Below, one piece after another: positions 18,060 through 31,098 of a stretch of DNA of 64,000 nt. The stretch comes from Eledone cirrhosa (lineage: Eukaryota), in contig OZ024743.1 in the NCBI GenBank assembly GCA_964016885.1, positions 29,326,001-29,390,000 of the forward strand, read 5' to 3'. Both the position numbers and the translations under genes were made by a program. The first letter of the stretch is position 1; every line of letters starts with the position of its first letter. The notes beneath the pieces are model-generated. The model was not told the origin of the DNA. It searched no databases and saw only the letters and a list, made by a program, of their open reading frames with translations.

Positions 18060-19392
18060 TCCTTTCAACACAGTTGATTATTTGATTGAATGAAGTGAAC
18101 ATATCCATTTTCTAGGTTTCTACACGTCTTCACTGTTCCTATTTCTGATACAGTCTCCAACGCAGTCACATTTTGAAGTATATGAATATAATTCGTGGGT
18201 TGTCGCTCACAGTTAATCAGTGCGCGTTGCTGACCATAGTAACAGTTATTTCTTCAGAATCCTTTACATAGTAACCGTCCAGTCACAATATTTGCCTGGT
18301 TATCTTTTGAGTTAATTTTACAAACCATCATATAGTTGTATATTGGCGGTGAGTCTCTTTCAAGTGAGATTATGAACAATCTGTTCAATGTGGCTGTATG
18401 TATATTTCGTATAACGGAATTTAAAATTTCTCTGTGAATATCTATGTCTCGCAAATATATATAATTTGAAACGTTACCAAAAATAGCCCCGATCTTATTA
18501 CTCTTCACTAGGCACGACTTTCATGTCATCGATAATTTATGACATATTTGCTTCGAGATTGCCTTTCTTTTATTGATATATCATTTTGGGTGACTATCTA
18601 AGTTGCAAGATGTTTTAAATTTTCAACAATTCTTTGTTGCTGACCAAATTTTGAATTATTGATAACTGAGTCTGGGTGATTTATTTGTTTCTTTATTACT
18701 GACGAATAGACCAGCTTTCTTAGTTCCTTTCTTCATATTTTCTAGTCGTTCTTATGTATATCTTATAATAAGGCAATGACATAAGATCAGCATACATAAG
18801 GTCAGACATTGCCATTATTTAGTACATGGCTATTTCTCCTGATTATTAGTTTAAATTCAAGTTCTTGAGATATGACACAAAATCTGTGTCTCATTTGTTA
18901 ACTAGAAAATTGAAGAAATAAAGTCTAACTTCAGTATGCCTGAAAATCTGTTTCAACAGCTGGAGCCAAATACTAGCTCTGAGAGCAGCGTGATTGCTTT
19001 CACATGTTTCAACGTGATTGCTTTCACATACAACATGTCATAGTGTTTTTAGGTTGTTTCATTCAACTCCTTTAATCAACCCCCTGAGATCAAGTATAAG
19101 AGTTATAGTTGATGATTTGTATCTGAAGTCACTTTGGTTTCGTCTTAGATGAGGTTTGAGATTTAATTGAATTCTATTTAGTAACATTTTGCTTGTAAAT
19201 TTTGTGCACTAGATGTTAGATGTTTCCCTCTGTAGTTTATTGTAGACTTCAAGGCACCAGGTGTAGAGAGGGGTATTATATCAACCTATGAACAAGCCAT
19301 TTTATTCACGCTGTTCCGCTTCAATGGGTTATAGCCCCAATGTTGTTCAACAATATTATAGTTAATATACATTATATTATAGTTAATATACA

Positions 19393-19581
19393 AGGGCGGT
19401 GAATTGGCAGTATCGGTAGAGGGTCGGCCGCCATGCTTTCCAGCATAGAGTTACGCCCTTTTATGTCATGAGTTCAAATCCCACCGAGGTTAACTTTGCC
19501 TTTCATCCTTATGGGGTCGATAAAATAAAGTACCAGTAATGCACTGGTATAATTGCTGGCCTTGTGCCAATAGTAGAAACA
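19393..19581 (+). mobile_element. tRNA-type SINE with probable target-site duplication
   Basis: A-box-like TGGCAGTATCGG, B-box GAGTTCAAATCC, body TTAACTTTGCCTTTCATCCTTATGGGGTCGATAAAATAAAGTACCAGT. ATTATAGTTAATATACA occurs on both sides. Confidence 0.85.
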
Positions 19582-20874
19582 ATTATAGTTAATATACATT
19601 GTACTAGACCTTGCACAAAGCACAACATATATTTAAATTTCAGACTTTCTAAACGCTCTTTAACCTTTCCATTGTTTACATCCTAACAGTCTAATTGAAA
19701 GATATGAGGTTTAAATTAACGGAAAGGACTGGCAGATCCATATGATATTCCGGTAGACGGTTGTTCCGTGGTTCGATAACGGCGGGCGATTCTGTTCACT
19801 TTTCCCGTCTAGATTATTCAGCAACTTAGCTATATTATAATTTATATGCGCTGTAGCAGTATTTGCATAAAGCCAAATTAATACATACATACATGCACAT
19901 CTACATCCATGTATACTCACAGAGACTCACAAATATATATGTATATATATATATTATATTATATTATATATATATATATCTATATGTATGTGTGTGTGTG
20001 TGTGTGTTTGTGTGTAATCATGATAATCCACTGAAGTATTCTATTGTAAAACATGTTAAGAGAGGATCATAGTGCATTCAAGTGAACTGTATGACCTGGT
20101 CGATGTGCGATATTAGCTGTTGATTCATCAACATATTTAATACTGTTATGTAGTTTCGTTTACAATAATATAACTTAATGCAATATGATCTTACTTGATC
20201 TTACTTTCTTTTACAGTTATCTGTAACGACTGCTTGGTTAAACACATTTTCAGCTAATATAGATTATTCTGCATTGAATAGACCTATAGATATTCGCTTT
20301 CAAATGTTCAACATTACCGATATAGAGCACGAAAGTCTTGTCACCGAGTGAATTATGTTGGAACCGGAAATAACATGCTATATATGCAGTAAGAGCTTTG
20401 CGAAAGTGAAACTAAAATAATTGTGATCACATGCTAAAGCGATAAACAGTGAAAGGCACCTTGACAGTTACTATGCAGCATAAAGACACAAACGATAAAT
20501 TACGAACCAGAAAGAAATATTTTAAATAAGTGGAGATCGAGAAAGTTGAACAATGGTTACCTGGATGATTTATTGTGTTTCGAGGTTCTGATTGCATAAT
20601 CTGCCATGTTTAACTGCATATTAAAATAAATCTTTTGGCGAAAAAATAAGTAACTAACATGTAATTACTTGCAATCTTTCAACCATACATCTTACTACTT
20701 ATAAACTGAGTCTATGTTATAAGAAAAACGTTGACAGTTTGAAACAGGAGTTCCATAATACATTAATGTTCAATAGGGTTATAGTTTTGTTGTTGTGTAT
20801 ATTGAATTAGCTGATTAATCACGTAATAGCAATCGTTCTCTCTCTCTCTATCTATCTACACATACACGCACGCA

Positions 20875-20935
<61 letters not shown>

Positions 20936-21289
20936 TGAAGCGATTTGAACTCAGTTCTGCCAACAAAGCGATCTTTAATTAGATCATTATATCGTTGTTT
21001 AAGTAAAATACATACTGTATCATGACTACAATTACATTTAGATTAAAGAGTAGAGCAAATGCCGCGTGTCTTCCATATGTCTATAGTACAGCATTGATGA
21101 TTCATAATAAAACCTCCAATGATGAATAATCAATTATTTGTTCAAATGAATGCCTTACTCGTTAAATTAACGTCTGGAAAACTGAGTATTCAACAGGCAC
21201 GTGTAACCATAACGTAATTTCCTGGTTGCATCAATTTGAGGATACATTGGATATATGCAACTCTTCGAATTACATGTACAAATACATTG

Positions 21290-21420
21290 GATAGGCTTCC
21301 ACAGAGTTTCCGCCAACCCAATGTTACTCATATGGCTTAGAAGATCCGATGTCACGGTAAAAGACACTAACCCAAGATACCCCTCAGTGATATAAAAATT
21401 GGGACATCGTGATTGCAAAG
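21290..21420 (-). mobile_element. Old SINE fragment (second family)
   Basis: Reverse complement resembles 30850-30970 (..GAGT..TTGG..GGAAACT..GGAAGCC). Confidence 0.45.
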
Positions 21421-23214
21421 AAATATCCCAATCAAGTGGTAACTAACTCTTTTCTCATACACTCGAAGGAAACTTCAGCTAAACTAATGATTTATGGTAA
21501 CAAATTAAGTAATATATGAAGGTATTAAAACGTCTAAATTTTGAATGCATTTCAATAAATAAATGACAGAAGTGATGGCACCAGTGGTAGAGTGCTCAGC
21601 TTAATGATACGTGATCCTTCATTATATAGCTTTACTTGCTTTATCTATATACTAGTAATCCCATCTGAGGTACGATAAATACGTACCAATGAGGAGCTAT
21701 GATTAAATTAATCGGCTACACTGGGATTGAATATAATCGACATCGACTGAACAGTTTAACTGTATGATAATGTGTGAGAACTCATCGTTAAACTTAATTA
21801 AATACAATAGAGTAAAATGAAAAACATTCTGGCAGAAACATTACAACCTCACAAGATTTGAAGTTATTTACAATATAAATATACGTTTTTAAATCACATC
21901 GATAAAATCTTCTCGATAAAATACGGACGACCAATATACTGAGATCCATTATATCGACAACACCTCTCCTGAAACATCTATGGTTTTGTATCAGCATATT
22001 AAATCATTATGAAGCTAAATATTTTTTTAAAAGTGAATCATTGCTTAACAGTCAAATAGATATCAGCATGGAATGTAATCAAAATGAAAAAAAAACAAAA
22101 GAGAAAATACACTGAAAATGTAACTCTTCAAGTGCTGACTATGAACATCATGATTATTGCGTTGAAGTTCACTATCGTTTCTGACGCTTAATCTCCTGTC
22201 AGATCTATACCTCAAAGGATTCTACTATTTTGATTATGTATAACTGCCACTGTAGTTACATTATTTCAAATTATACAGAGTTTTATTGTGTTTGAAAGAT
22301 ATTCTCTTCAGGCTGGTTACATAGGTGTTTTGAATAGTGCTTATCATTAGATTATTTTGAGATTCACAGATTACTATTGTATCGTCCTTAGGTTCAAACT
22401 GCTATTGACAATTTTGCGTTTCCGATTTGGCTGCTTTCATGCTTTCAACTTCGGTACTGTAGCGTCAACGCATTTCCTGGCTTCAAACGCTTATATTGCA
22501 CACAAAATCAATAAAAGATTACACTTACAGATAGACTAAGTTATTTTATTGAAGTAAACTGAGACACCAAGAAATTTTATGATTTCCGAAGACTCTCACA
22601 TCGAATATTCAGTGCTGATACTGCTTATCTATAATAAAAAATGCCCACATGATGAATACTTATTAAGTAAATGCAGTTACCCATTCCCTACCACGCTAGC
22701 TATAGTCAATCGTTTTGCGGTCAGTTTCCTCTGAATCACAATGACACATTCAACGCATCCTCATCATCACTGATGTTATATCTAACTTCACCTACTAATT
22801 CTTATATAAACCAACATATTTGCAGTTGTCGAAGAATCTTTGACGTCAAACATACACTTAAAACTAACGTAACCTTCGGTCTCCAAGTAAGTTTTCCAGG
22901 CGTATTTTGTAGAAAAAATACCGCTTCATCCACACCGGTAAATAAAATATTATTGTGCTCTGGTGTTAACTCAAGACCACGCTTAGTGGATACACATATA
23001 CAGAACCAGATACGCGTGAGTATAAGGGCTCACACCTTACACAAAATTTGCGTTATCACAGCACAAATCAAAATACAAAATTTGCGTTATGACAGCAGAT
23101 ATCAAAATACAAAATGCTTATAAAAGAGAATTTGAAAAGATTGAAAAATGAGAACACCGACTGCTTGAAAACCAAAAAATCAACTTATGGAATATATACT
23201 TCAGAAAACTGTAA

Positions 23215-23625
23215 TAATAGTTTATATTTTAGGCACAAGGTAATCAATTTGGAAATTAAATAGATACCAGATCTTCACAGGTACTTTATTTCATTGACCG
23301 CGGAATGATGAAATGTAAAGTTGACCTTGGCAGGATTTGAACTCAGAATGTCATACAAAGTATTTTCTTCCATGCTCTACCAATACTGCCAATCCATGAT
23401 CTTTAGAATGAATCGACCCATGTACTGGACTGGTACATTTTTAAAGAATGTTTTGAGAAAAATCTAGCTTTTTATATTGTTAAATATTTCATGATGTCTG
23501 CATCAAATTGTTGATTGAGGAGAGAAGGTAAAGTTGACCTCGAAAGGAATGGAATTCAGAGAGCTCTGATAGGCGGAACGAATACTGCAAAGCATTCTAT
23601 CCAATACCCTAACAATTCTGTCAAT
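23215..23625 (-). mobile_element. Two degraded SINE copies
   Basis: AAAGTTGACCTTGGCAGGATTTGAACTCAGAA and AAAGTTGACCTCGAAAGGAATGGAATTCAGA match the reverse complement of the 19393 SINE. Confidence 0.65.
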
Positions 23626-24084
23626 CTGACACACGTTTAATGCATCATAAACATAATATGCTTCTCACAAGACCCATTTACGAGTCAACTCTGCCAGCAT
23701 ATACACATTTCGAAATGCCATCACAAAGAAAATGCTTCGTTGCTTTCGCCGGGCGCATATTTGGCGAAATAATATAGATTGTGTGGTCTATATTGAATAG
23801 TGCCATCACCTGCTGTAATAGTTTAAGGTGGTGCAATATATGTTTAACTGAGAAATATTACTACACAAACTACTACACACCAATACTGACAGAAAAGCAG
23901 CGCTTGAGTGACATGCATACAAAGTATGAAAGTTTGGCTGTATCTCTTTCGGTAATACACACAAACCATTATACAGCCGCTATCGTTTCTTCAAAATTTA
24001 TAATAGAATACACTGCAGATAGCTGGATCTAAATACTTGTATACTAGCATGAACCATCGAACATTGGTAGCTATTAATCGCACA

Positions 24085-24260
24085 AACAGTATCGGTAGAG
24101 CGTCGGCCAACATTCTTTGTGGTATAGAGTTACGGCTCTTTATATTGTGAGTCCAAATCCCGCCGTGGTTAGCATTGTTTTCGTCCTTACGGGGTCGATT
24201 TGGTCTATTTACCCCTCCTCCCCAAATTGTTGGCCTTGTACCTAAATTAGAAACCAATAT
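24085..24260 (+). mobile_element. Degraded SINE copy
   Basis: CAGTATCGGTAGAGCGTCGGCC..GAGTCCAAATCCCGCCG..GGGGTCGAT..TTGGCCTTGT, homologous to the 19393 copy. Confidence 0.75.
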
Positions 24261-24500
24261 TTTATAAGAATATTATGATGTATCATAAGGTACGGAACTC
24301 ATTTGTCATACCTTAATAACCTTACAATGATACTCTACTTCGCGTTTACTGTTACAAGTCAACTCTTAGGCAGTTCTTATATTTAGTGTTGTAGATATTT
24401 TCTCTCTCACACTCGCTCTCTCTATTTTCTCTCTCTCTCTCTCTTTCTCACCCTCTCCATTTCTTTCTTTTTTCTCACACTCTCTGTTGATATCTGAGTG

Positions 24501-24547
<47 letters not shown>

Positions 24548-24580
24548 ATATACATATATATATATACATATATACATACA

Positions 24581-26690
24581 CTCGGTGAAGTGTATGGACC
24601 ACCTACATCACCAGTTGCGCCTCTTAGGACAAAGGATGGCAATCAGCTCCTTAGAGATCCCAATGATATCCTGTTGAGATGGCGGGAACACTTTGACGAG
24701 CTTCTCAATAGGGATTCAGAGGTTGACGAAGAGTTTATCAGGTCCATACCTGATAGGCCAGTAAAGGAAATCCTTGCTGAGCCTCCAACGATCGAGGAGG
24801 TTAAAAGTACTGTCTGGAAACTCAATGGTGGGACGTCGCCTGGATTGGATGGGCTGTATGCTGAGATTTTGAAGCACGGCGGAGAGAATCTGTTGCACCG
24901 ACTTCATTCTTTGGTTCTAGATGCCTGGAACAACAATCATGTTCCGGATGACTGGAAGGATGCTGTGATGGTTGTTTTGTACAAGAGGAAGGGAGACATG
25001 GATGACTGCGGAAACTATCGTGGGATATCACTGTTGTCTGTTGTCGGCAAAGTTCTCTGTAGAATTCTGTTGGACCGTTTATTGCTATATTGCTGATGAA
25101 GCTCTACCAGAGTCGCAATCGGGCTTTCGGGCTGGGCGTGGCACTGTGGACATGATCTTTACAGCCAGACAACTGCAGGAAAAGTGTGTTGACATGAAGC
25201 CATGGGTAAATGTTGGTGGAAAGCTCTCTGAGCCGGTGACGGTCGATAATGGAGTCAAACAGGGTGACATTCCAGCTCCAACGCTCTTTGCTTTGTACTT
25301 CTCCATTGTCTTCGAACAGGCCTTCGGGGACTGCAATCATGGTAAATATGTTCGCTATCGATCAACTGGAAAGCTGTTTAATATCAGGAGGTTCAATGCT
25401 AAGTCAAAGGTTCACTTGTCACTAATAAAGGATTTGCTTTATGCAGATGACTGTGACCTGGTAGCGCACACGGAGATTGATATGCAGCATCTCATGGATG
25501 CATTCTCTAATGCGTGTACTGCATTGGGACTTACCATAAGCCTGAAAAAGACAGTAGCCATGTACCAACCAGCCCCTGGGAGACCATGTTGGGAGCCCAA
25601 CATCTTGGTTTATGATGAACGGCTAAAGGTCGTTGGCAGTTTTGTATATATTGGAAGCACTCTGAGTATCTCCTGCGATCTTGATGGGGAAATATCAAAC
25701 AGGATACAGAATGCTAGTGATGCTTTTGGATAACTGAACAAGCGTCTCTGGTCTGAACACGGAATTTCGGTAAAGACAAAGCTCAAAGTGTATCATGCGT
25801 GAGTGCTCGCGGCACTTCTTTATGCTTGTGAGACGTGGGTGGTCTCTACCGTAGACAGATGAAGCGACTTGAGAGGTTCCACCAGTACTGCTTACGTCGG
25901 ATCCTCCGCATAACTTGGCAAATGTTTGTCAGTGACGTCGAGGTTCTGGACAGAAGTGGCTGTGATAGTGTCGAGTCCTTGATTTTGAAGCATCAGCTGC
26001 GCTAGACAGGCCATCTTCTAAGGATGAATGACAAGTGAATGCCGAAGCAGCTGCTTTATGGCGAGCTCCAAATGGGAAAAAGGAACGCGAGCAAACCCAA
26101 GATGCGTTTTAAGGACTGCATCAAGGGGCCGCTCAAGAAAAGTAACAACCCTTATGAGCACTGGGAAGCATGCGCTAGCGACCGATCACATTAGAGGAAA
26201 GCAGTGGCTAGTGGCAAGAGTCTATTTGAGGAAACAAGAAGAAGGCACGCGACACTAAAAAGAGATGTCCGGAAAGGAATCCATGTTGGTCTTCCCGAAG
26301 GCACTGACAGACGGCCTGACCTGACATGTGAGACCTGTAATAGGGTTTGTCTGAGCATGGCAGGTTTAAAGAGTCACCTGAGAGTGCACAAGAACAGAGA
26401 AGCAGGCACCTGTGGAGCTATAAGTGTTCATCAGACGACGGCATGTAATGTTTATGTAATGTTTGTGGAAGGGGATGCAGGTCGAGTAGTGATCTCACAC
26501 GACACCTTGGGTCACATGGTACCATGGGCTCAGCACTAGGTGTCAATAATTGTCACAAGTGTCGTGTTTGCACCAGAGGTTTCAAGTCCCTGGCTGGACT
26601 AAAAAGCCACACTCGTTCAGCGCATCGGTAGGGGTTCTCCTACATGGATATAAAGTAGTGGCCGTACTCGAAAACGAGTTGGAGCCACCA
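24581..26690 (+). pseudogene. 5'-truncated, decayed RTE (BovB-like) LINE with C-terminal C2H2 fingers
   Basis: NYRGISLLS, ESQSGFRAGRGT, GVKQGD..AP, LLYADD, CETCNRVC..GLKSHLRVH. Contains frameshifts, stops and an in-frame RT deletion at 25190. The 3' end GGCCGTACTCGAAAACGAGTTGGAGCCACCA runs into (TA)n. Confidence 0.92.
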
Positions 26691-26712
26691 TATATATATA
26701 TATATATATATA

Positions 26713-27610
26713 TATACAAAGATCGGAATTCAGAGTATTCCGCGGTTCACTGTAATAATAATAATAGTATTAGCTCAAAGAAGAATAAAGAATTTCCTTC
26801 TGAGCTCAAATGCAAGTATATATTACACAAAGAGAAATGTGTTACACAGTGAGATGTGTGTAAAGAATTATTACAAGTGATTTTACCGTTACTGTATAGA
26901 GAACAATATCTACAGGTTAGCAATTAAATAGAAAAAAACTAATTCAGAATCAAATCTCTGGATTAGAGTTTTAAATCATAAACCTTATAACTATATTTTG
27001 CTGATTCGAATCTCGCTTCGTTTCACCACTTATATTTGAAGTATCAGGTCACAAGATCCTCAGTCAGCAAATGCGAACACTGAACACTACACATCTAACC
27101 TCATGGATGGAGAGATTGCTAATAGACACGCTGCCCAGAGTAGGGCGAAATCACGTGTTATTTGCATCAAATAACGGCTCTCGTGGATTGGGGAAGACGC
27201 TAGAAAGTGCAGCCCAACCATTCGAATTATTAGCTCAACAATTTGGAGCTCATTAAGTATACAAAGATCGGAATTAAGAGTATTCCGCAGTTCACTGTAA
27301 TAATAATAATAGTATTAGCTCAAAGAAGAATAGAGAATTTCCTTCTGAGCTCAAATGCAAGTATATATTACACAAAGAGAAGTGTGTTACAGTGAGATGT
27401 GTGTAAAGAATTATTACAAGTGATTTTACCGTTACTGTATAGAGAACAATATCTACAGGTTAGCAATTTCAATAGAAAAAAACTAATTCAGAAGCAATTT
27501 CTTTCTATTTAATTGCTAACCTGTAGATATTGTTCTCTCTACAGTAACGGTAAAATCACTTGTAATAATTCTTTACACACATCTCACTGTGTAACACACT
27601 TCTCTTTGTG

Positions 27611-27613
<3 letters not shown>
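26713..27613 (-). mobile_element. Partial tandem (period ~545) plus terminal inversion; non-coding, with a decayed hammerhead
   Basis: TACAAAGATCGG at 26715 and 27260; ~27499-27613 is an inverted copy of part of the unit. Minus strand 26998-27070 reads TTGCTGA-CTGAGGA..GAAAC..GAA-TCAGCAA (7-bp stem I, U16.1 lost). Confidence 0.7.
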
Positions 27614-27672
<59 letters not shown>

Positions 27673-27681
27673 ATACAGGTA

Positions 27682-27737
<56 letters not shown>

Positions 27738-28157
27738 TATATAACAATACTTACAGGCAGATCGTTGGTTAAAGCACTCACAGCTGCTACGAGGTTCCAT
27801 TACGTGTGGGTTTATATTTCATTGACAAATGTTTTGATATCGTTCAGCCCAGGGTTCTATCATAATGGCCGGGGCCTGACTCTGCACCAGCATCTCATCA
27901 GATATGCGTTCGTAGGCACAGAATACGTTCAAACCTTTAAAAGAGTTCAAGTCATTCCTTTATGTATACTTATTTCGGGGTATGGGGGAGGGTGATAAAT
28001 AAATAAATTGACAAATAGGTAAGAAATAAATTGTAAATAGATATAATAAAATACCCCTTAGAGTGTCAGAAGTTAAGGGCCGAAACGATCGCTAGCGTGG
28101 GGTGAGGTGTTCTTCTCTGAATAGCTCTGCTGTACAGCTCTCCTGAGAATGTCTCAC

Positions 28158-28196
<39 letters not shown>

Positions 28197-29171
28197 GACA
28201 GTTTACTTCCGTTCTCTTTCTTTCCTATGTTTTGTTCAAACTTTCCTTCTATTCAGATTTATGTTTCTTTTCTTAGTAAGACCAATGTCTAAGTAGGATA
28301 TTTATTTCGTCTTACAATACAACTTCTTTCTCTCAATCTCACTTTCAAACATTCTTCTTATATTGTCTCACATTTTCTTCCCCTCCAAAAATGTCTATGC
28401 TGATAGCTGTCGTTTATAACAAGTGTTCAGGCGCTGCTGTTGTTTGGTTGGTGCTGAAGAGGTGTGAGAATGTGGGACCACACTCCACTGCGTTTTATTA
28501 CTAGCAATATTTTCTATCGTATTTCTAGTATTTCTTACTCTTTCTGTTTTCTGTGCATCTGTTTGTGTGATCGCTATAGCGTCTTTTATTTTTATGACTC
28601 TCTAGTCAGTCCCTTGATGTCTGGAAATGTCGTCTACTATTTCTTTATGACTTTCATGAATTTTACGTTGTTATAAATGTTTAGCACCAGGTCAGCTTTG
28701 ATCGAGTACATTTATGCTAAAATACGATCCAGCCGTGATCGTGTCATTTATTGTTTCTAGTTTCTAGAACAACATTATTCAGTATACCCTTCCTTCTATA
28801 AGACAATAGTGTGTGATTTGAGGGAGATGAGGCTGCTATTTCTAACAATTACATAAATCCACATGATGAATTCATCCCAACTACACTAGACAATAGTCTT
28901 TAAATTAAATTATAATAAATAGCCACAACAATATATAAAAAATAATATTATAATAGTTTTATAATAGTTTTATAGTGATATTATATTTAATAGCTTTTCA
29001 GTTATGTTGTGTGTTTAATAACATTATAATTATACGGTTTATGATAACTAGTTTTATTTTTCTAAACTACCTTTAAAATTATACTGTGTATAATAATCAT
29101 ACAGTTATATTTTGTATATCTTTATAGCTATATTATGTGAATGACAGCTTATAGTTTTATTGTGAATGTTA

Positions 29172-29390
29172 TGGTTTCTTATATAGGCACAAGGCCAACA
29201 ATTTGTGGGGAGGGGAAAGTCAATTAAATCGACCCCAGTGCGTGACTGGTACTTTATTTTATCGACCCCATAAGGATGAAAGGTAAAGTTAACCTCGGCA
29301 CGATTTGAACTCAGATCATAAAAGGACGTAACTCCATGCTGCAAAGCATGTTGTCCGAAGCCTTACCGATACTTCCAATCCGCTGCCCTT
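29172..29390 (-). mobile_element. tRNA-type SINE, near full length
   Basis: Reverse complement of the 19393 family (GATTTGAACTC, TCGACCCCATAAGGATGAAAGG); TATTG(T/C)GAAT flanks both ends. Confidence 0.85.
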
Positions 29391-29419
29391 ATATTGCGAA
29401 TATAATAAAAAGAAAAAAG

Positions 29420-29550
29420 GGGAGCGGTCACAGCGTCGGATTGAATGCTTCGGTATTTTCTGATGGATTTCTGCGCTCTGATTTCAAATTCCACTGAGGT
29501 CAAATTTGCTTTTCCTATTTTGGGGTCGATAAATAAAGTACCAGTTCATG
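29420..29550 (+). mobile_element. Degraded SINE copy
   Basis: CTCTGATTTCAAATTCCACTGAGGTCAAATTTGCTTTTCC..GGGGTCGATAAATAAAGTACCAGT. Confidence 0.65.
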
Positions 29551-30199
29551 GGCGGGAAATTGATGGAATTGTTAAGGAGCTGGCTCTGTGTATTCTGAAA
29601 TAAATTTCGTCTCCTATGACCTGAAGAATGGTGAGGGTTCATTCAGGAGTTGCAGCTAACAGATAGTACAAGCAATGGAAAAAGCAATGGAAAATGTTTA
29701 TTTGGTCTGATCTAACGATCAGTTATTTCCCCTTTCTCTTTTATAATTATATTGTGTATATAACAGCGCATTGTTATATTATGTATATAATAGCTTCATA
29801 GAAACATGGTGTAGATAATAGCGTATACAAACGTGTATACTAGTTTTATGACTGTTGTGTATATAATAGTGTTATAGTTAAGTTGCGTTTTATAACTATA
29901 TTGTATGCATAATAGCCTTATAGCTATATTGCGTATGATAACTTTATAACTGTAGTATGTGTATAATACCTTTATATTTATAGTGGTTGTATAACAGCTT
30001 CATAGATATATTGTGCGTATAAAAGCTTAGCGTATAATAGCTTAATAACTAGTGTTATAATTATATTGAATGTATTGCTATAAAGTTACACCGAGATGCT
30101 ATTTTTATAACTATACTGTATATACATTACAGCTTTATAGACACAATGTCTTTAAAAGTTAATACTTTTAGATATATCTAACATGATAAAAATTTAGCA

Positions 30200-30352
30200 A
30201 GGAAGCAGAGTTGTTAGATCGTCGGATATAATGCTTCCGGCGTTGATCCGGGTTCTCTGCCCTCTGAATTCAAATACCACCGAGATTAAGGTTTGTCTTA
30301 TACTCTTTCGATGCTGATAAATACTGTGCCAGTTCAATACTGTAGTCGATAA
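30200..30352 (+). mobile_element. Degraded SINE copy
   Basis: GCAGAGTTGTTAG..CTCTGAATTCAAATACCACCGAG..GATAAATAC..GTCGAT. Confidence 0.55.
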
Positions 30353-30819
30353 TTCCTCTCAATCTTCTTGTTCTCTCTTTTTATCCCCCCTCTCTCTTTC
30401 TCTTTCTTAGGCTGTGTTCTGACCTGGAGACGGATGGGCTCAAGTTTAAATGCTCAAAACACGCCATAAGTCACTACGGTCTCCCACTGACTTTAACGGG
30501 AATTAATGGATGGATAAAAATGAACAAGTCAAAATATAAAAAGATAGAAGTAATATTGATATATTGGGGCCAAAATGATAGTACTGTTTGGTCATGATGC
30601 ACTGGTATTGTACAGTGCAGTTTCATGGCTAATGTCCGGGTTACAGTTTCGTGTACTTAAACTAATTGAAAGGCCTTTAACAGTAGTGATCTTGGAAATG
30701 ATTGATATAGTACCGGCTTTGATCAAATTGATCTACTATTGAAACACATCCAGCCACAACCATCTCGCATTTTTGTATCTTTAGAACCATATTGTCAAGT
30801 GTACTGTGGAAGATTCAAG

Positions 30820-31098
30820 GCTGAATAGGTAAGAATTTCGTTTTGCAATCACTAGGTTCCGAGTTAAATCCCAGTGCATGCTAAATTGGGCAATTTTGAG
30901 GTATCATACCCTTAGTTTGAATCATCCCTTGTGAGTGAAACTAAGTAGATGGAAGCTGTCTGGAAGCCCGTCGGATGAATTGTACCTGTAATTCAAAGGG
31001 TCTACCATGACAGTCACAAACCCACGCTAAATCTCCCCGAGAATTACATTAAGGCTGCACGGAATTGTGGAATGTTTAGATTCCTGCATGTTAATTTC
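30820..31098 (+). mobile_element. Old SINE of a second tRNA-headed family
   Basis: GGTAAGAA..GGTTCCGAGTTAAATCCCA..TTGGGCAA..CTTGTGAGTGAAAC..GTAGATGGAAGCTG..GGAAGCCCGTCG; recognised by eye. Confidence 0.55.

Noticed and set aside
22671-23123. 150-aa ORF and an antisense open frame
   Set aside because: No recognisable motif or convincing splice signals.
28070-28105. Hammerhead-like motif in the 27742-28160 insert
   Set aside because: The core reads CTTAGAG and the triplet GTG; too degenerate to call.
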